A DNA stretch of 64,000 nucleotides from Limnochordia bacterium (GCA_050951545.1 JBMNJG010000007.1:192001-256000); one strand, 5' to 3'; shown: positions 33,989-44,300, numbered from the stretch's first letter. The notes: generated by a model from the sequence alone, not told the origin. Made by a program: numbers and translations.

Positions 33989-35026
33989 GTGATGTCAGTC
34001 GAGTCAGGTGCGGCGGTGGCAGGGTCCGGTGTGCGGGTGGGAGTGCCTCGAGCGCTTTGGTATTATACTTTCTATCCGTTTTGGCGAGCCCTTTTTGCTG
34101 GCATGGGCGCCTCACTTATTCCGTCGCAGCCGACCACCAAAGGGATTCTTGATGCCGGGATCCTTGAAACAGTGAGTGAAGCTTGCGTACCAATCAAGGT
34201 TTTTCTTGGCCACGTGCAGGATCTGCGCGAAACCTGGCAACGGGGGCAGATCGATATGCTCTTCCTCCCTCGATATGTCAGTTGGCAGGGGGGGTTGATC
34301 TTTTGCCCCAAGTTCCTGGGCTTGCCTGACATGGTTAGGTACGCCTTTGATTCATTGCCTCCGCTGCTTACGGTACGCATAGACCGCCGGCGCGGCCCCT
34401 TCGCATTGCTGCGAGTCTGTGACGAGATCAGGCGTCAGCTTGGAGCAGGCAAGAGGACCCTATGGAAGGCCTACCGATCTGCATGGAGAGCCCAGGCACT
34501 GCATGAAAAGCGGTTACGCGAGAACTGGCGACCTACTGAATCGATCAGTGGTCAGCGGCGCCGCCGCCCGGCAGTCACAGGCAATGCTCGCCGCCCTCTG
34601 CGATTGGCAGTGCTGGGCTACCCTTATCTTGTATACGATGAGTATGTGAGTCTTGGTTTGCTAGACAAGTTGGAGGCTATGGGCGTTGAAGTAGTGACGG
34701 CTGACACCCTACGGGCTCAACAGAAGCAGTTACGGCACCACAAGCAGAAGGATCTGTTCTGGGAGTACAGCGAAATGGTGAAGACAGTTGGCTACTATGC
34801 CTTGAGCCCGGCCTGCCAGGAGATCGATGGTGTGATCCATGTGACGGCGTTTGCCTGTGGCCCTGATGCCATGGTCAACAAACTACTGGAGCTAGAAGCA
34901 CGCAAAGAGGATAGGAAAGCCTTTTTGTCGCTAGGCCTCGACGAGGAAACTGGCGAAGCGGGGTGTCTCACGAGGCTCGAGGCCTTTGTGGACATGCTTC
35001 ACAGGAGTTCACGTCTCGGAGTTTGA
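33989..35026 (+). CDS. Acyl-CoA dehydratase activase-related protein (DUF2229-like)
   Basis: VGVPRAL, SEACVPIKVFLGH, FCPKFLGLPD, LGYPYLVYD, FACGPD, DEETGEAG. Confidence 0.85.
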   Translation: MMSVESGAAVAGSGVRVGVPRALWYYTFYPFWRALFAGMGASLIPSQPTTKGILDAGILETVSEACVPIKVFLGHVQDLRETWQRGQIDMLFLPRYVSWQGGLIFCPKFLGLPDMVRYAFDSLPPLLTVRIDRRRGPFALLRVCDEIRRQLGAGKRTLWKAYRSAWRAQALHEKRLRENWRPTESISGQRRRRPAVTGNARRPLRLAVLGYPYLVYDEYVSLGLLDKLEAMGVEVVTADTLRAQQKQLRHHKQKDLFWEYSEMVKTVGYYALSPACQEIDGVIHVTAFACGPDAMVNKLLELEARKEDRKAFLSLGLDEETGEAGCLTRLEAFVDMLHRSSRLGV

Positions 35027-35103
35027 TTGCCCTGACTGTGAACGTAGGCAGATCGGCGTGCAGGCACCCGAATGAAGGATTCACAGAGAAAGCGAGCAAT
35101 AAG

Positions 35104-36192
35104 ATGTCGAGAGTTACATTTCCCCATATGGGGCATTATTCACCAGCCTTTGCCATCCTGATGCGTGAGCTAGGTCATGAGGTGATCATGCCTCAGACTC
35201 CTACTAAGGACACCCTCACCCTGGGGACGTTGCATGGCCCGGAGTTCGCCTGCTTGCCGTTGAAGATCTGTCTCGGTACATATATCGAGTCGCTGGAGCG
35301 GGGAGCAGACGTGATCGTTACTAGCGGTGGTGTGGGGCCCTGTCGGGCTGGCTTGTATGCCACTGTTCAAGAAGAGATACTGAGGGGCCTGGGTTACGAA
35401 TTTGAGATGATCGTCTTGGAGCCTCCACGGCGCGATCCCTTTGGTTTGCTTGCCTCCTTGCACCGCCTGAACGCCTTTCGGCGGCCGCCATGGCAGCTGG
35501 CGCGCATCGTGCGGAAGACCTGGGAGATGATTAAAGCCCTGGACATACTGGAGCGTCAACTCCATCACTTAAGGCCGCGAGAGGCACGGGTGGGCAGTGC
35601 AGAGGCGATCTATAAGAGAGGATGCCGGGCTATCGGTGCCCAAGACACTGTAGGGGGCATTGTGGAGGCTGGCCGGGCGGCGCTGGCCGAGATGCGGCAG
35701 GTACCTGTTGACCCTACTCGAGAGCCTATCAGAGTGGGCATTGTGGGCGAGATATACGTTCTTTTGGAGCCCACTGCTAACCTGCATATAGAGAAGATCC
35801 TGGGCGAGTTGGGGGCTGAAGTGGATCGCGCCATCTTCCTTACAGGATGGACGAGAGAGAACGTGGTGCGTGAGGGCGACAATCTGACGGCCAGAGAGGC
35901 TGCCTATCCGTATCTGTGTGAGATGATAGGTGGGCACGGACAGGACACGGTGGGTCACACCGTGATGTATGCCCGCGATGGCTATGATGGTGTTGTCCAA
36001 TTGGCCCCATTCACCTGCATTCCTGAGATCGTGGCCAAGGGTGTTCTGCCCAGTGTGAGCATTGATCTGGATATTCCAGTCATCTCCTTTTTCCTGGACG
36101 AGCAGACTGGTGAAGCTGGTTTTCGTACACGATTAGAGGCCTTTGTTGATCTGCTCGTGCGGCGCAGAAGTCGTCGGCGCCTGGCGGGGTAG
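35104..36192 (+). CDS. CoA protein activase / 2-hydroxyacyl-CoA dehydratase-like Fe-S protein
   Basis: VTFPHMG, PEFACLPLK, GPCRAG, VGEIY, PFTCIPE, DEQTGEAGFRTRLEAF. Confidence 0.85.
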   Translation: MSRVTFPHMGHYSPAFAILMRELGHEVIMPQTPTKDTLTLGTLHGPEFACLPLKICLGTYIESLERGADVIVTSGGVGPCRAGLYATVQEEILRGLGYEFEMIVLEPPRRDPFGLLASLHRLNAFRRPPWQLARIVRKTWEMIKALDILERQLHHLRPREARVGSAEAIYKRGCRAIGAQDTVGGIVEAGRAALAEMRQVPVDPTREPIRVGIVGEIYVLLEPTANLHIEKILGELGAEVDRAIFLTGWTRENVVREGDNLTAREAAYPYLCEMIGGHGQDTVGHTVMYARDGYDGVVQLAPFTCIPEIVAKGVLPSVSIDLDIPVISFFLDEQTGEAGFRTRLEAFVDLLVRRRSRRRLAG

Positions 36193-36216
36193 TTTCCCTG
36201 GATACAATAAGACGAG

Positions 36217-37245
36217 GTGTATTATACAGTGAGTGTGGCGCGGGGTTACCTGGGTCTTGATGTGGGTTCCGTATCTACCAACATGGTGGTTATTGCGGAG
36301 GATGGCAGTCCGGTCACGGCGGTCTACCTAAGAACACGGGGGGAACCCATCGGCGCGGTGCAGGAGGGGTTGCGGCGTGTGCAGCAGGAGCTTCCTGGGG
36401 ACTTCACGGTTCTCGGTGTCGGAGCGACAGGCAGCGCTCGTCAGCTCGGCGGTGTGATCGTTGGCGCAGATGTGGTGAAAAATGAGATCACTGCGCATGC
36501 TGTAGCGGCGTCTGAAATGGTTCCCAGCGTGCAAACCGTGCTTGAGATTGGGGGACAAGACTCCAAGATCATCATCATCCGTGACGGGGTGATCGCTGAT
36601 TTCGCCATGAACACGGTGTGTGCAGCAGGCACTGGGTCGTTTCTGGATCAGCAGGCCGCTCGATTGGGACTGCCTATCGAAGAGTTGGGCGAAATAGCCC
36701 TAAAATCAGAATCGCCAGTGCGCATTGCAGGGCGTTGCACGGTTTTTGCCGAGTCCGATATGGTGCATAAGCAACAGCTTGGTTATCGACGTGAGGACAT
36801 CGTCTACGGTCTTTGCCAGGCTTTGGTCCGTAACTACCTCAATAATGTGGGCCGAGGCAAGCAGATTGCCCCTGTCGTGGTCTTTCAGGGCGGCGTCGCG
36901 GCCAACGCTGGTATCTGCCGTGCTTTCGAGGAGGCATTGGGCACCGAAGTGATCGTGCCGCGTCATTTCGGTTGCATGGGCGCTTTGGGTGCCGCCATGC
37001 TGTCTCGGGAGGAAATGGAGCACCGTCGCCAGCAGGGACGAGACACTGCCACCCATTTCAGAGGTTTTGGTGGATCAGAGCTCAAGTATCGGGCCTCGAG
37101 CTTCGAGTGCCATCACTGCCCCAATAGCTGTGAAGTCATTGAGATCTCCTGCGACGGTGAAGTGCTGGCCCGCTGGGGCGGGCGTTGTCCGCGTTGGGAT
37201 ATCGTTTCCGAAGGCAAAGAGGGCGTTGCACTGGCTGTGAAATAG
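36217..37245 (+). CDS. ATP-dependent acyl-CoA dehydratase activase (HgdC/BadFG ASKHA family)
   Basis: GLDVGSVSTN, NEITAH, EIGGQDSK, MNTVCAAGTGSFLDQ, RCTVFAESD, C-terminal CHHCPNSC. Confidence 0.92.
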   Translation: MYYTVSVARGYLGLDVGSVSTNMVVIAEDGSPVTAVYLRTRGEPIGAVQEGLRRVQQELPGDFTVLGVGATGSARQLGGVIVGADVVKNEITAHAVAASEMVPSVQTVLEIGGQDSKIIIIRDGVIADFAMNTVCAAGTGSFLDQQAARLGLPIEELGEIALKSESPVRIAGRCTVFAESDMVHKQQLGYRREDIVYGLCQALVRNYLNNVGRGKQIAPVVVFQGGVAANAGICRAFEEALGTEVIVPRHFGCMGALGAAMLSREEMEHRRQQGRDTATHFRGFGGSELKYRASSFECHHCPNSCEVIEISCDGEVLARWGGRCPRWDIVSEGKEGVALAVK

Positions 37246-37373
37246 CGACTCGTAGTCGTACGTAATCCTACGGAGGCCACATGGCAAAAACTGCAGCTAG
37301 AGGCCCCTCCGCGCTATCTAGACATCAAGCCACCAACGCAGCCATAGACCCAGAAAATGTAGCTACAACCGAA

Positions 37374-37418
37374 AAAAAGGCCGTCATGTCCCAGAAATGG
37401 TTTCACGACGGCCTTTTT
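37374..37418. terminator. Bidirectional intrinsic terminator
   Basis: AAAAAGGCCGTC...GACGGCCTTTTT with A/T tracts, between convergent genes. Confidence 0.7.
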
Positions 37419-37454
37419 GGACCCTGGTTGTATCTACGCACTGTTCAACGCCAG

Positions 37455-38630
37455 CTAGGCAGGCTCACCGTATGTGGCGTGCAACCGCTCTTCATATCCC
37501 GTTTCAGAGTGCAAAGGCAAGGTCAGAGGCTGCCCGCCCCGACGTGCGGATTCACGCACAGCGATAAGTATCTCCATGTCCGCCCGGGCGTTATCTGCCC
37601 CGTACTCAGGCGAGACACCCTCCGTAACTGCCCGATACAGGCCTGTCAAAGCATCCATGCGCGCCACTTCATCAGCGTTGGCTGGGAAATAGCGCACAAA
37701 GGGGTTCTCCCAGGCCCATTCGGAGAGGCGTTCACCGTCTTTGGTGAGAGCGGCTCCGACCACTGTGGGACGTCCCTCGATGGTCTCGGTGTCCAGGGTG
37801 ATCCTGAGCCTTTCCTTGCTATCGTGGATGATAACATCCGTGCCGCTGATGGCGCCCTTGGTTCCCTGTATGTCCCACAGGTTGCCGCGAGGCGGCGCGA
37901 AGGGGACTTCATACGTGGCCACGACGCCGTTGGCGAACTCGATCAACCCGGCTTCCCACGTTGCGATATCAGATTCGCGAATCAACGGTTCGTAGTCATA
38001 CTCGGTGTAGCCCAGACCGTGCAGAAAATAGGGGTCAACAAACCGGACAGCTCGCGGCGCCGCCATGACTCTGGCGTAACCCACTATCCGTGCAGCTCGC
38101 GAGTCGACCAGGGTGCGTAGAGCGTTGAGCCCATGGTAGGCTCCGCTGGAGTACCAAAGGCGCCCGCTGCTTACGTCGCCGATAAGCCCGCCCTGGATAA
38201 GCTGATACTTCAGGCGTTCCTGCGGCCAGCGCCATACGTTTTCGCCGATCTCGAGTTGCACGCCGGCTCTGCGGCATGCGGAGATCATCTGGTCAGCGTA
38301 GCCAAGAGTAACAGCGATAGGGGTTTCGCACAGGACGTGCACTCCATGTGCTGCGGCTGCCGTGGTCGATGTATGATGATGCTCTGCGGGCGTGACCACC
38401 ACGACCGCGTCAGGCTTAGAGCGGGCGAACAGAGTCTCTAGATCGCTAAACCCAGGAACGCCCAGGCGAGCCGCCACTTCAGCCACCCGTTCCGGTAGGA
38501 CATCACAAACGCCGACGAGCTTGTACATATCTGTGAGTTTCTCTAGAGTAGCCAGGTGTGATTGCGCTCGAGCACCGACACCAATGACGGCTACCTTTAG
38601 CTGGACATCGACAGACTGTGGGGGGTTCAT
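37455..38630 (-). CDS. Gfo/Idh/MocA family oxidoreductase
   Basis: VAVIGVGAR, VVTPAEHH, VLCETPIA. Confidence 0.85.
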   Translation of the reverse strand: MNPPQSVDVQLKVAVIGVGARAQSHLATLEKLTDMYKLVGVCDVLPERVAEVAARLGVPGFSDLETLFARSKPDAVVVVTPAEHHHTSTTAAAAHGVHVLCETPIAVTLGYADQMISACRRAGVQLEIGENVWRWPQERLKYQLIQGGLIGDVSSGRLWYSSGAYHGLNALRTLVDSRAARIVGYARVMAAPRAVRFVDPYFLHGLGYTEYDYEPLIRESDIATWEAGLIEFANGVVATYEVPFAPPRGNLWDIQGTKGAISGTDVIIHDSKERLRITLDTETIEGRPTVVGAALTKDGERLSEWAWENPFVRYFPANADEVARMDALTGLYRAVTEGVSPEYGADNARADMEILIAVRESARRGGQPLTLPLHSETGYEERLHATYGEPA

Positions 38631-38666
38631 CTTACTAACCGCCTTTCAGACGAAGCTGGGCGTCGC

Positions 38667-39521
38667 CTACTCTACCGGACCTAGATTTGCTTTGGCTGCT
38701 ATGGCCAGTAGGTTCTTTCGGGCGCGAGCGATGCGCACATCGAGTTCCTCTGGAGGAATAGGTCCAGTGGGTGCTCCGTCGACCCGTTCAACAGCGATGA
38801 GTCCGGCAAAGCCAGCCTTGGCCAGCATGTCAAAAATCGCGGGAAAGTCGACCGCGCCTTCACCGGGTACAGGGAAATCGCCATGTGCTCGTGGGCCCTG
38901 ATGGTCCTTCGCCACGATAGAGGCGGTCATGTTGACAAACGGGGCGAGATCTTTGTCAGGGGCGAGTCCTTCATAGAAGCTTACGTTGCCAGGGTCATAG
39001 CAGGCTACCACGTTTGGGGCATTGATGTCCTCGATGGTCTTGGCGAGAAGAGCCGCCGTAGCGGTGTTGCCAGTATGAGGCTTGAGCAGGATCTGGATGC
39101 CTGCCTCTTGGGCATATGGGGCTACCTGACGCACATTGTCCACAAACACTTGGTGGGCCTTGGCCAGTTCCGATTCTGACAATGGCTCATCGGGGAACTT
39201 ACGGTAACCCCACGTGCCGCCGCCCAGAAGGGTGGTTACGCCCAGCTCTTTGGCCACATCGACACGTCGTCGGTACTGGGACAAGTCCGCCTCTCCAGCC
39301 AGGCTGGTCCCCCACATGAGCGTGGGTTGTAGGTCGCGTTTTGCGAATTCCTCCTTGAGTTTTGCCAGTTCATCTGCAGAAGGGTCGTCAGAGGGGACAG
39401 GTTGGCCTTCGTGACGTAGCCCGAAGCCCACGTACTTGTAGCCGGCCTTACTGATGCCGTCGAGTGCGCGCTCCATGCTGTAGCGAGCGTAGGGAAGTGT
39501 GCAGCAAACGAGCTTGATCAA
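38667..39521 (-). CDS. Sugar phosphate isomerase/epimerase (TIM barrel)
   Basis: LKPHTG, YDPGN, KDHQG, PGEGAVDF, GLIAVE. Confidence 0.85.
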   Translation of the reverse strand: MIKLVCCTLPYARYSMERALDGISKAGYKYVGFGLRHEGQPVPSDDPSADELAKLKEEFAKRDLQPTLMWGTSLAGEADLSQYRRRVDVAKELGVTTLLGGGTWGYRKFPDEPLSESELAKAHQVFVDNVRQVAPYAQEAGIQILLKPHTGNTATAALLAKTIEDINAPNVVACYDPGNVSFYEGLAPDKDLAPFVNMTASIVAKDHQGPRAHGDFPVPGEGAVDFPAIFDMLAKAGFAGLIAVERVDGAPTGPIPPEELDVRIARARKNLLAIAAKANLGPVE

Positions 39522-39550
39522 AACAACGCCTCCTTAGCTTGTCGATACCG

Positions 39551-40840
39551 TTAATTCATACAGAGCTCTTCTACCCGGTGTTCTCGCATCGCGACATCGG
39601 CGCGGAAGCCGATGAGGTGTCCAGCAATAGAGTCTTCAAGACCTGTGTAGGAAAGTGAGGGTGCTTCACCCTGTAAGACACGGCAAAAGTCAGCGACGAG
39701 GCGCAGGTCGCCACCACCATGCCCATCTGTGGAGCCATGTGCCCGCACATCGACTTCATGTTCCGCGTACTCGTGACCGGGCCGGGGATCGATATGCCGG
39801 ATGACAAAGCGGTTATCTTCGAGACATCCGCTGATCTCGCCGTGCGTACCGAGCAAGTGGATAGTACGCGCAGGACGGGCAGTTCCGCCTACCAGATTGT
39901 GGGTAGCTGAACAGCCATCCGCGAACTCTACGAGCACCGACTGGTGATCGATGACGTTGTTGTCAGATCTCCAGACACAGCGCCCATAGACGCTTGTCTT
40001 GAGCAGTTCCGTCTTCTGCTCTATAGTGGGGTTCTCGATCTCCTGCAGTTCGTTCCATACATAGGCAGACCAGCGTTGCGGGTGGTCGAGGTAATGCTTG
40101 CGGGCAGAGTAAAGACACTGATCTTCGATCGGACAGTCGACGATGCAACGTGTGCCAGCGCCTTTGGGGGCTCTGGCCGACGTGAAGTAGCTTAAGCCGC
40201 CGAAGCTGCTGACGCGCAGCGGGGCGACTCCGCTTTTCATCCAGGCGATGAGGTCGAGGTCATGACAACACTTGGACATGAGCATCGAGGAGCCGCAGGC
40301 TTGTTCATTGCTCCATTTACCACGAATAAAGGCCACGGCCATGTGATGGTAACTCACGTGCTCGGTCGTGTCCAAGCTTAGGATTTCACCAATCTCCCCA
40401 GCAGCCACGCGCTCACGGATCATGGCGTAGAATGGCGCGTAGCGCAGCACATGGCAGATCATCACAGTTCTTTCGTGTTCTTGTGCCGCCTGTGCCAGTT
40501 GCCACATCTCGGCTTCGCTCACGGCAAAGGGTTTTTCCAGGAGCAGGTGATAGCCAGCAACCAAAAGGGGCAGGCTGGTCGGTACGTGGTGGAGATCCAT
40601 GGTACCATTGATCACGGCGTCTGCTATCGGGGCGTGGGCAGCCAGCTCTTCGGCTGAGCCGAAGCATCGTTCCGGTGGGATGTCGTAGAGTTGTGCTGTA
40701 CAAAGGCGTCTATGGGCATCGGGCTCGGCCACGCCAACGATCTTCAGTTGGTCAGGTCGCCGACGAGCATACGAAGCGTAGGTGAGCGCTCTGTGGCCTG
40801 CGCCTACAATCACGGCGGTTATCGGTCCTTGTTTCATCAA
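39551..40840 (-). CDS. Gfo/Idh/MocA family oxidoreductase
   Basis: IVGAGHR, LLEKP, CHVLRY, KCCHDLD, GHGGGD. Confidence 0.9.
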   Translation of the reverse strand: MMKQGPITAVIVGAGHRALTYASYARRRPDQLKIVGVAEPDAHRRLCTAQLYDIPPERCFGSAEELAAHAPIADAVINGTMDLHHVPTSLPLLVAGYHLLLEKPFAVSEAEMWQLAQAAQEHERTVMICHVLRYAPFYAMIRERVAAGEIGEILSLDTTEHVSYHHMAVAFIRGKWSNEQACGSSMLMSKCCHDLDLIAWMKSGVAPLRVSSFGGLSYFTSARAPKGAGTRCIVDCPIEDQCLYSARKHYLDHPQRWSAYVWNELQEIENPTIEQKTELLKTSVYGRCVWRSDNNVIDHQSVLVEFADGCSATHNLVGGTARPARTIHLLGTHGEISGCLEDNRFVIRHIDPRPGHEYAEHEVDVRAHGSTDGHGGGDLRLVADFCRVLQGEAPSLSYTGLEDSIAGHLIGFRADVAMREHRVEELCMN

Positions 40841-41013
40841 GGTGTGCCCTCCGGTGCCTTTTGAACGGCTACTTCGTTCTCACGGCAGGCCATTCCTCCT
40901 GAAAGGCGAGCGACAACGCATTGCCTGCTGGAGCTGACAGGGATATGATCATGATGAGATGGCCAAGCAATCCATGGGAACAGGCGGATGTGCGCCTGTA
41001 AGGGGGATGCCTC

Positions 41014-42141
41014 TTGAGAGTTGTGGTACTTGGAGGAACTGGCGACATGGGCAGTCTCGCTGTCCGTGAATTGGGCCGAGAGGCGGAGGTCGAACAGGTT
41101 ACCATTGTCGGCCGCAACAGAGAGCGGGCGGAGGCCTTAGCTGCCGAAGTAGGCAGCCACGCGCAGGTGGCGATACTGGATGTGCAGGATACTGCCGCGC
41201 TCAAGGCAGCTCTGGAGGGTCACGATGTGGCAGTGGGGGCATTGGGCCCCTTCTACTTATATGAGACGCTGATGGCTGAGGCCGCTATTGATGCTGGAAT
41301 ACCCTACGTGAGCATTTGTGATGACTACGACGCGACACAGGCAGTCTTGGAGCTGGATCCCGCAGCAAAACAGCGAGGGGTCACGGTTTTGACGGGGATG
41401 GGCTGGACGCCGGGCATTACCAACATCTGTGCAAAAAAAGCGACCCAGCTACTGGACGTCGCGGAGCGAATCCACATCTCCTGGGCCGGGGCTTCAGCGG
41501 ATGCAGAGGGGCTCGCTGTCATTTCGCACATGATGCACATCTTCACCGGGAAGGTTCCCACGTTCGTTGACGGTACATGGCAGCGATTACCAGCTGGCAG
41601 CGGTCGCCGCAGTGTCCATTTCCCGGATCCTATGGGTGCAGTCGCGGTCTATCATGTCGGCCATCCCGAACCAGTGACCATCCCGAGATTTATGCCAGGG
41701 GTCCAGGAAGTCTCTCTACGGGGCGGCCTTACAGAGAGTTTCTTGACCTATGTGGGCATTGGCATTGCCCGTTTGGGGCTCACTCGTACCCCCGAGCGTC
41801 GAGAGCGCTTAGCAGCGCAGATGAAACCCCTTCTTCCGCTGCTAGAACAGATTGGGCCCCAGGCCCGCCCGCTCTCTGGAGCACATGTGGAAGTTCAAGG
41901 GATGAAAGACGGGCAGCCTGCCAGAATCGAGCTGGCAGCTGTGGATCGCATGGCTAGGCTTACGTCGTTACCGCTGGTGGTCGGAGCACTGATGCTAGGC
42001 CGTGGCGAGATCGATAACCCCGGTGTGATTGCTCCCGAATCTCCAAACGGTCCGGACCCGGATGCGGTCTTCCGAGCACTTGCGCAATATGAGCTTCAAG
42101 TGCATGTCGGTGAGGTGGAGTACCTGGAGGCGAGCGAATGA
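41014..42141 (+). CDS. Saccharopine dehydrogenase family protein
   Basis: VLGGTGDMG, GPFY, ICDDY, GMGWTPGITN, HPEPVT. Confidence 0.88.
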   Translation: MRVVVLGGTGDMGSLAVRELGREAEVEQVTIVGRNRERAEALAAEVGSHAQVAILDVQDTAALKAALEGHDVAVGALGPFYLYETLMAEAAIDAGIPYVSICDDYDATQAVLELDPAAKQRGVTVLTGMGWTPGITNICAKKATQLLDVAERIHISWAGASADAEGLAVISHMMHIFTGKVPTFVDGTWQRLPAGSGRRSVHFPDPMGAVAVYHVGHPEPVTIPRFMPGVQEVSLRGGLTESFLTYVGIGIARLGLTRTPERRERLAAQMKPLLPLLEQIGPQARPLSGAHVEVQGMKDGQPARIELAAVDRMARLTSLPLVVGALMLGRGEIDNPGVIAPESPNGPDPDAVFRALAQYELQVHVGEVEYLEASE

Positions 42142-42151
42142 GCGCCTAGGC

Positions 42152-42176
42152 AGGAATAGCTGTTCTTTCCCGGAAT
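42152..42176 (+). promoter_or_regulatory. SigH-like promoter (close consensus match)
   Basis: GCAGGAATA-N11-CCGGAAT; near match to the B. subtilis SigH consensus RNAGGAWWW-N11/12-RNNGAAT. Confidence 0.6.
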
Positions 42177-42290
42177 GAGTCAATTAGCTTAGCGAGGAAA
42201 TACACGTGTCGGTGCTAGCTTCCGCTGGATGAGGAGTGGAGGCCGCCGACATGCCGCACAGCGTAACAGGATTTTTGGAGGGGGCGTACT

Positions 42291-43298
42291 GTGGGCCGGA
42301 CACGTGTAGCACTGCTGGTAGGTACCGCTGGTACCCAGCGGGTATTCGAACCCGAGACTTTGGCGAAATTGGGAGAGCAAGTGGATCTGGTGGCACATGA
42401 TGAGGAGAGGCCACCTTCGGCAGATGATGCTCGGAGGCTATTGGCCGGCGCGGCTGCCTGCATCACCTCTTGGGGTTCTCCGTCGTTCACACCTGAGCTG
42501 TTGGATGTCGCACCGGAGTTGCGGCTGATCGTCCATGCCGCTGGTTCTATCAAACCGATTGTGACTGACGCGGTGTACGAGCGTGGCATCACAATTACTA
42601 GTGGGGCACCAGCCATCGCCGCTGGCGTAGCAGAGACAAGCCTGGGCTTGATTATTACCTCCATGAAAAACGTCTTTGCACTTTCGACTGCGATTCGGGA
42701 GGGCGGGTGGCGAGCTGGCCGCGACGCCCGCCAGCATGTCAAAGAGATGATTGGCACCACCGTCGGCCTGGTTGGGGCGGGCCATGTGGGACGCCGCGTG
42801 CTGAAGCTGCTAAGCGGCTTCGACGTGCATGTGCTGCTGTCTGATCCTACTCTCACCCCTGCAGAGGCTGAAGCTCTAGGTGCGACGCTGGTGGACCTTG
42901 ACACGCTGATGGCCGAATCTGACGTCGTCTCACTGCATGCTCCATCTATCCCCGCTACGCGTCATATGATCAACGCGGGCAATCTCAAGCTTATGAAAGA
43001 CGGGGCCACCCTCATCAATACGGCGCGCGGCTCGCTGATCGATGAGCAGGCACTGATCAAGGAGCTGTCTGCTGGCCGCATATGGGCGTGCCTTGATGTC
43101 ACGGATCCGGAGCCGCCTGCTCCAGACAATCCGTTGCAGAGCATGCCCAATGTGGTGATGACATCGCACATCGCGGGGTCGGTGAGTACCGGACTGGTTC
43201 GCATAGGTCGTTACGCTGCCGAGGAGATCGGCCTCTTCCTTGCTGGCAAACCTGCGCTCAACCCAGTGACGAAAGAACAACTGGCGCATCTGGCGTAG
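42291..43298 (+). CDS. D-isomer-specific 2-hydroxyacid dehydrogenase
   Basis: HAAGS, VGAGHVG, SLHAP, INTARG, LDVTDPEP, TSHIAG. Confidence 0.92.
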   Translation: MGRTRVALLVGTAGTQRVFEPETLAKLGEQVDLVAHDEERPPSADDARRLLAGAAACITSWGSPSFTPELLDVAPELRLIVHAAGSIKPIVTDAVYERGITITSGAPAIAAGVAETSLGLIITSMKNVFALSTAIREGGWRAGRDARQHVKEMIGTTVGLVGAGHVGRRVLKLLSGFDVHVLLSDPTLTPAEAEALGATLVDLDTLMAESDVVSLHAPSIPATRHMINAGNLKLMKDGATLINTARGSLIDEQALIKELSAGRIWACLDVTDPEPPAPDNPLQSMPNVVMTSHIAGSVSTGLVRIGRYAAEEIGLFLAGKPALNPVTKEQLAHLA

Positions 43299-43335
43299 GG
43301 AAGAATCACTTCATTTCTTGGAGGGCGAATAGGCG

Positions 43336-44136
43336 ATGAAGATCGGTATCACTCAGATCATCGTGCCAGGCAGTCTGCAGGGTTTATTGCAGCTCTGCCA
43401 AGACGCAGGTTATGAGGCAGTCGAGCTGTCCTTTGGTGAAGGCCGTGACCCCGATATAAACCTGGACGAGGCAGGCATTCGAGCCGTCGGCGAGCGCTGC
43501 AAGCAGGCGGGCGTCGCTTGTACAAGCATTATTGCTCGTTATAGCCGGGGGAGTTTCCTCAGTGCCGACGCTGAACTCAGGCAGGGGGCTCGTCGATCAC
43601 TGTCAAGGGCTCTTGAGATTGCAGCCTTGCTTGGCGCACGGACGGTACTGCTGCACCCGGGGCAGGTAGATGCGTCGGCATCTTACTTAGAGACTTACGA
43701 CAGGTTCATCGACGATATGCGTAGCATGGCTGCTGAAGCTGAAGCGCGGCGAGTCAACATTGGCATCGAGAACGTATGGAACCGGTTTATGCTGTCGCCC
43801 AAGGAAGCGTGTGACATCGTAGACGCCATCGGCAGCCCCTGGGTTGGAGTATATCTTGATACAGGGAACATGATGGCCTATGGCTATCCTGAGCAGTGGA
43901 TTCGTGATCTGGGCCAGAGGATCAAGGCAGTTCACTTCAAAGACTTCAAACGGCGCGAGCATCGCTTTGTGCCTCTCATGGATGGCGATTGCCCATGGCC
44001 AGCTGTTGTTGAGGGTCTGCGCAATATCGGCTACACAGGTGCTGTGATTCATGAGGTTTCGGGTGACCGCGACTTTCAGATCGAGATGGCCAAGCGTATG
44101 CGCCAGATCATGGCGGGTGAAGCAAGCTCCCAGTGA
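43336..44136 (+). CDS. Sugar phosphate isomerase/epimerase (TIM barrel)
   Basis: IENVWNRFMLSP, YLDTGN, VHFKDF, GDCPW, IHE. Confidence 0.9.
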   Translation: MKIGITQIIVPGSLQGLLQLCQDAGYEAVELSFGEGRDPDINLDEAGIRAVGERCKQAGVACTSIIARYSRGSFLSADAELRQGARRSLSRALEIAALLGARTVLLHPGQVDASASYLETYDRFIDDMRSMAAEAEARRVNIGIENVWNRFMLSPKEACDIVDAIGSPWVGVYLDTGNMMAYGYPEQWIRDLGQRIKAVHFKDFKRREHRFVPLMDGDCPWPAVVEGLRNIGYTGAVIHEVSGDRDFQIEMAKRMRQIMAGEASSQ

Positions 44137-44163
44137 TCGCCATACGGTTCTTAGTGCTCTTTC

Positions 44164-44193
44164 TGTACCCCCGCTGTTCACAGTGGGGGTACA
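44164..44193 (+). terminator. Stem-loop (putative terminator)
   Basis: TGTACCCCCGCTGT-TC-ACAGTGGGGGTACA. Confidence 0.55.
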
Positions 44194-44300
44194 TCCACAT
44201 GTGTGATAAGGCGAAAAAGGCCGAAATCGGGAGATGAAGAGGGCCAAAGACCGTAGACGCTCCCCCAGTGCTCATAAACGAGGTTGCTAAGGCGCTCCAT

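Noticed and set aside
37281-38120. 279-aa plus-strand ORF
   Set aside because: Antisense shadow of the Gfo/Idh/MocA gene; it runs through a terminator and has no motifs.
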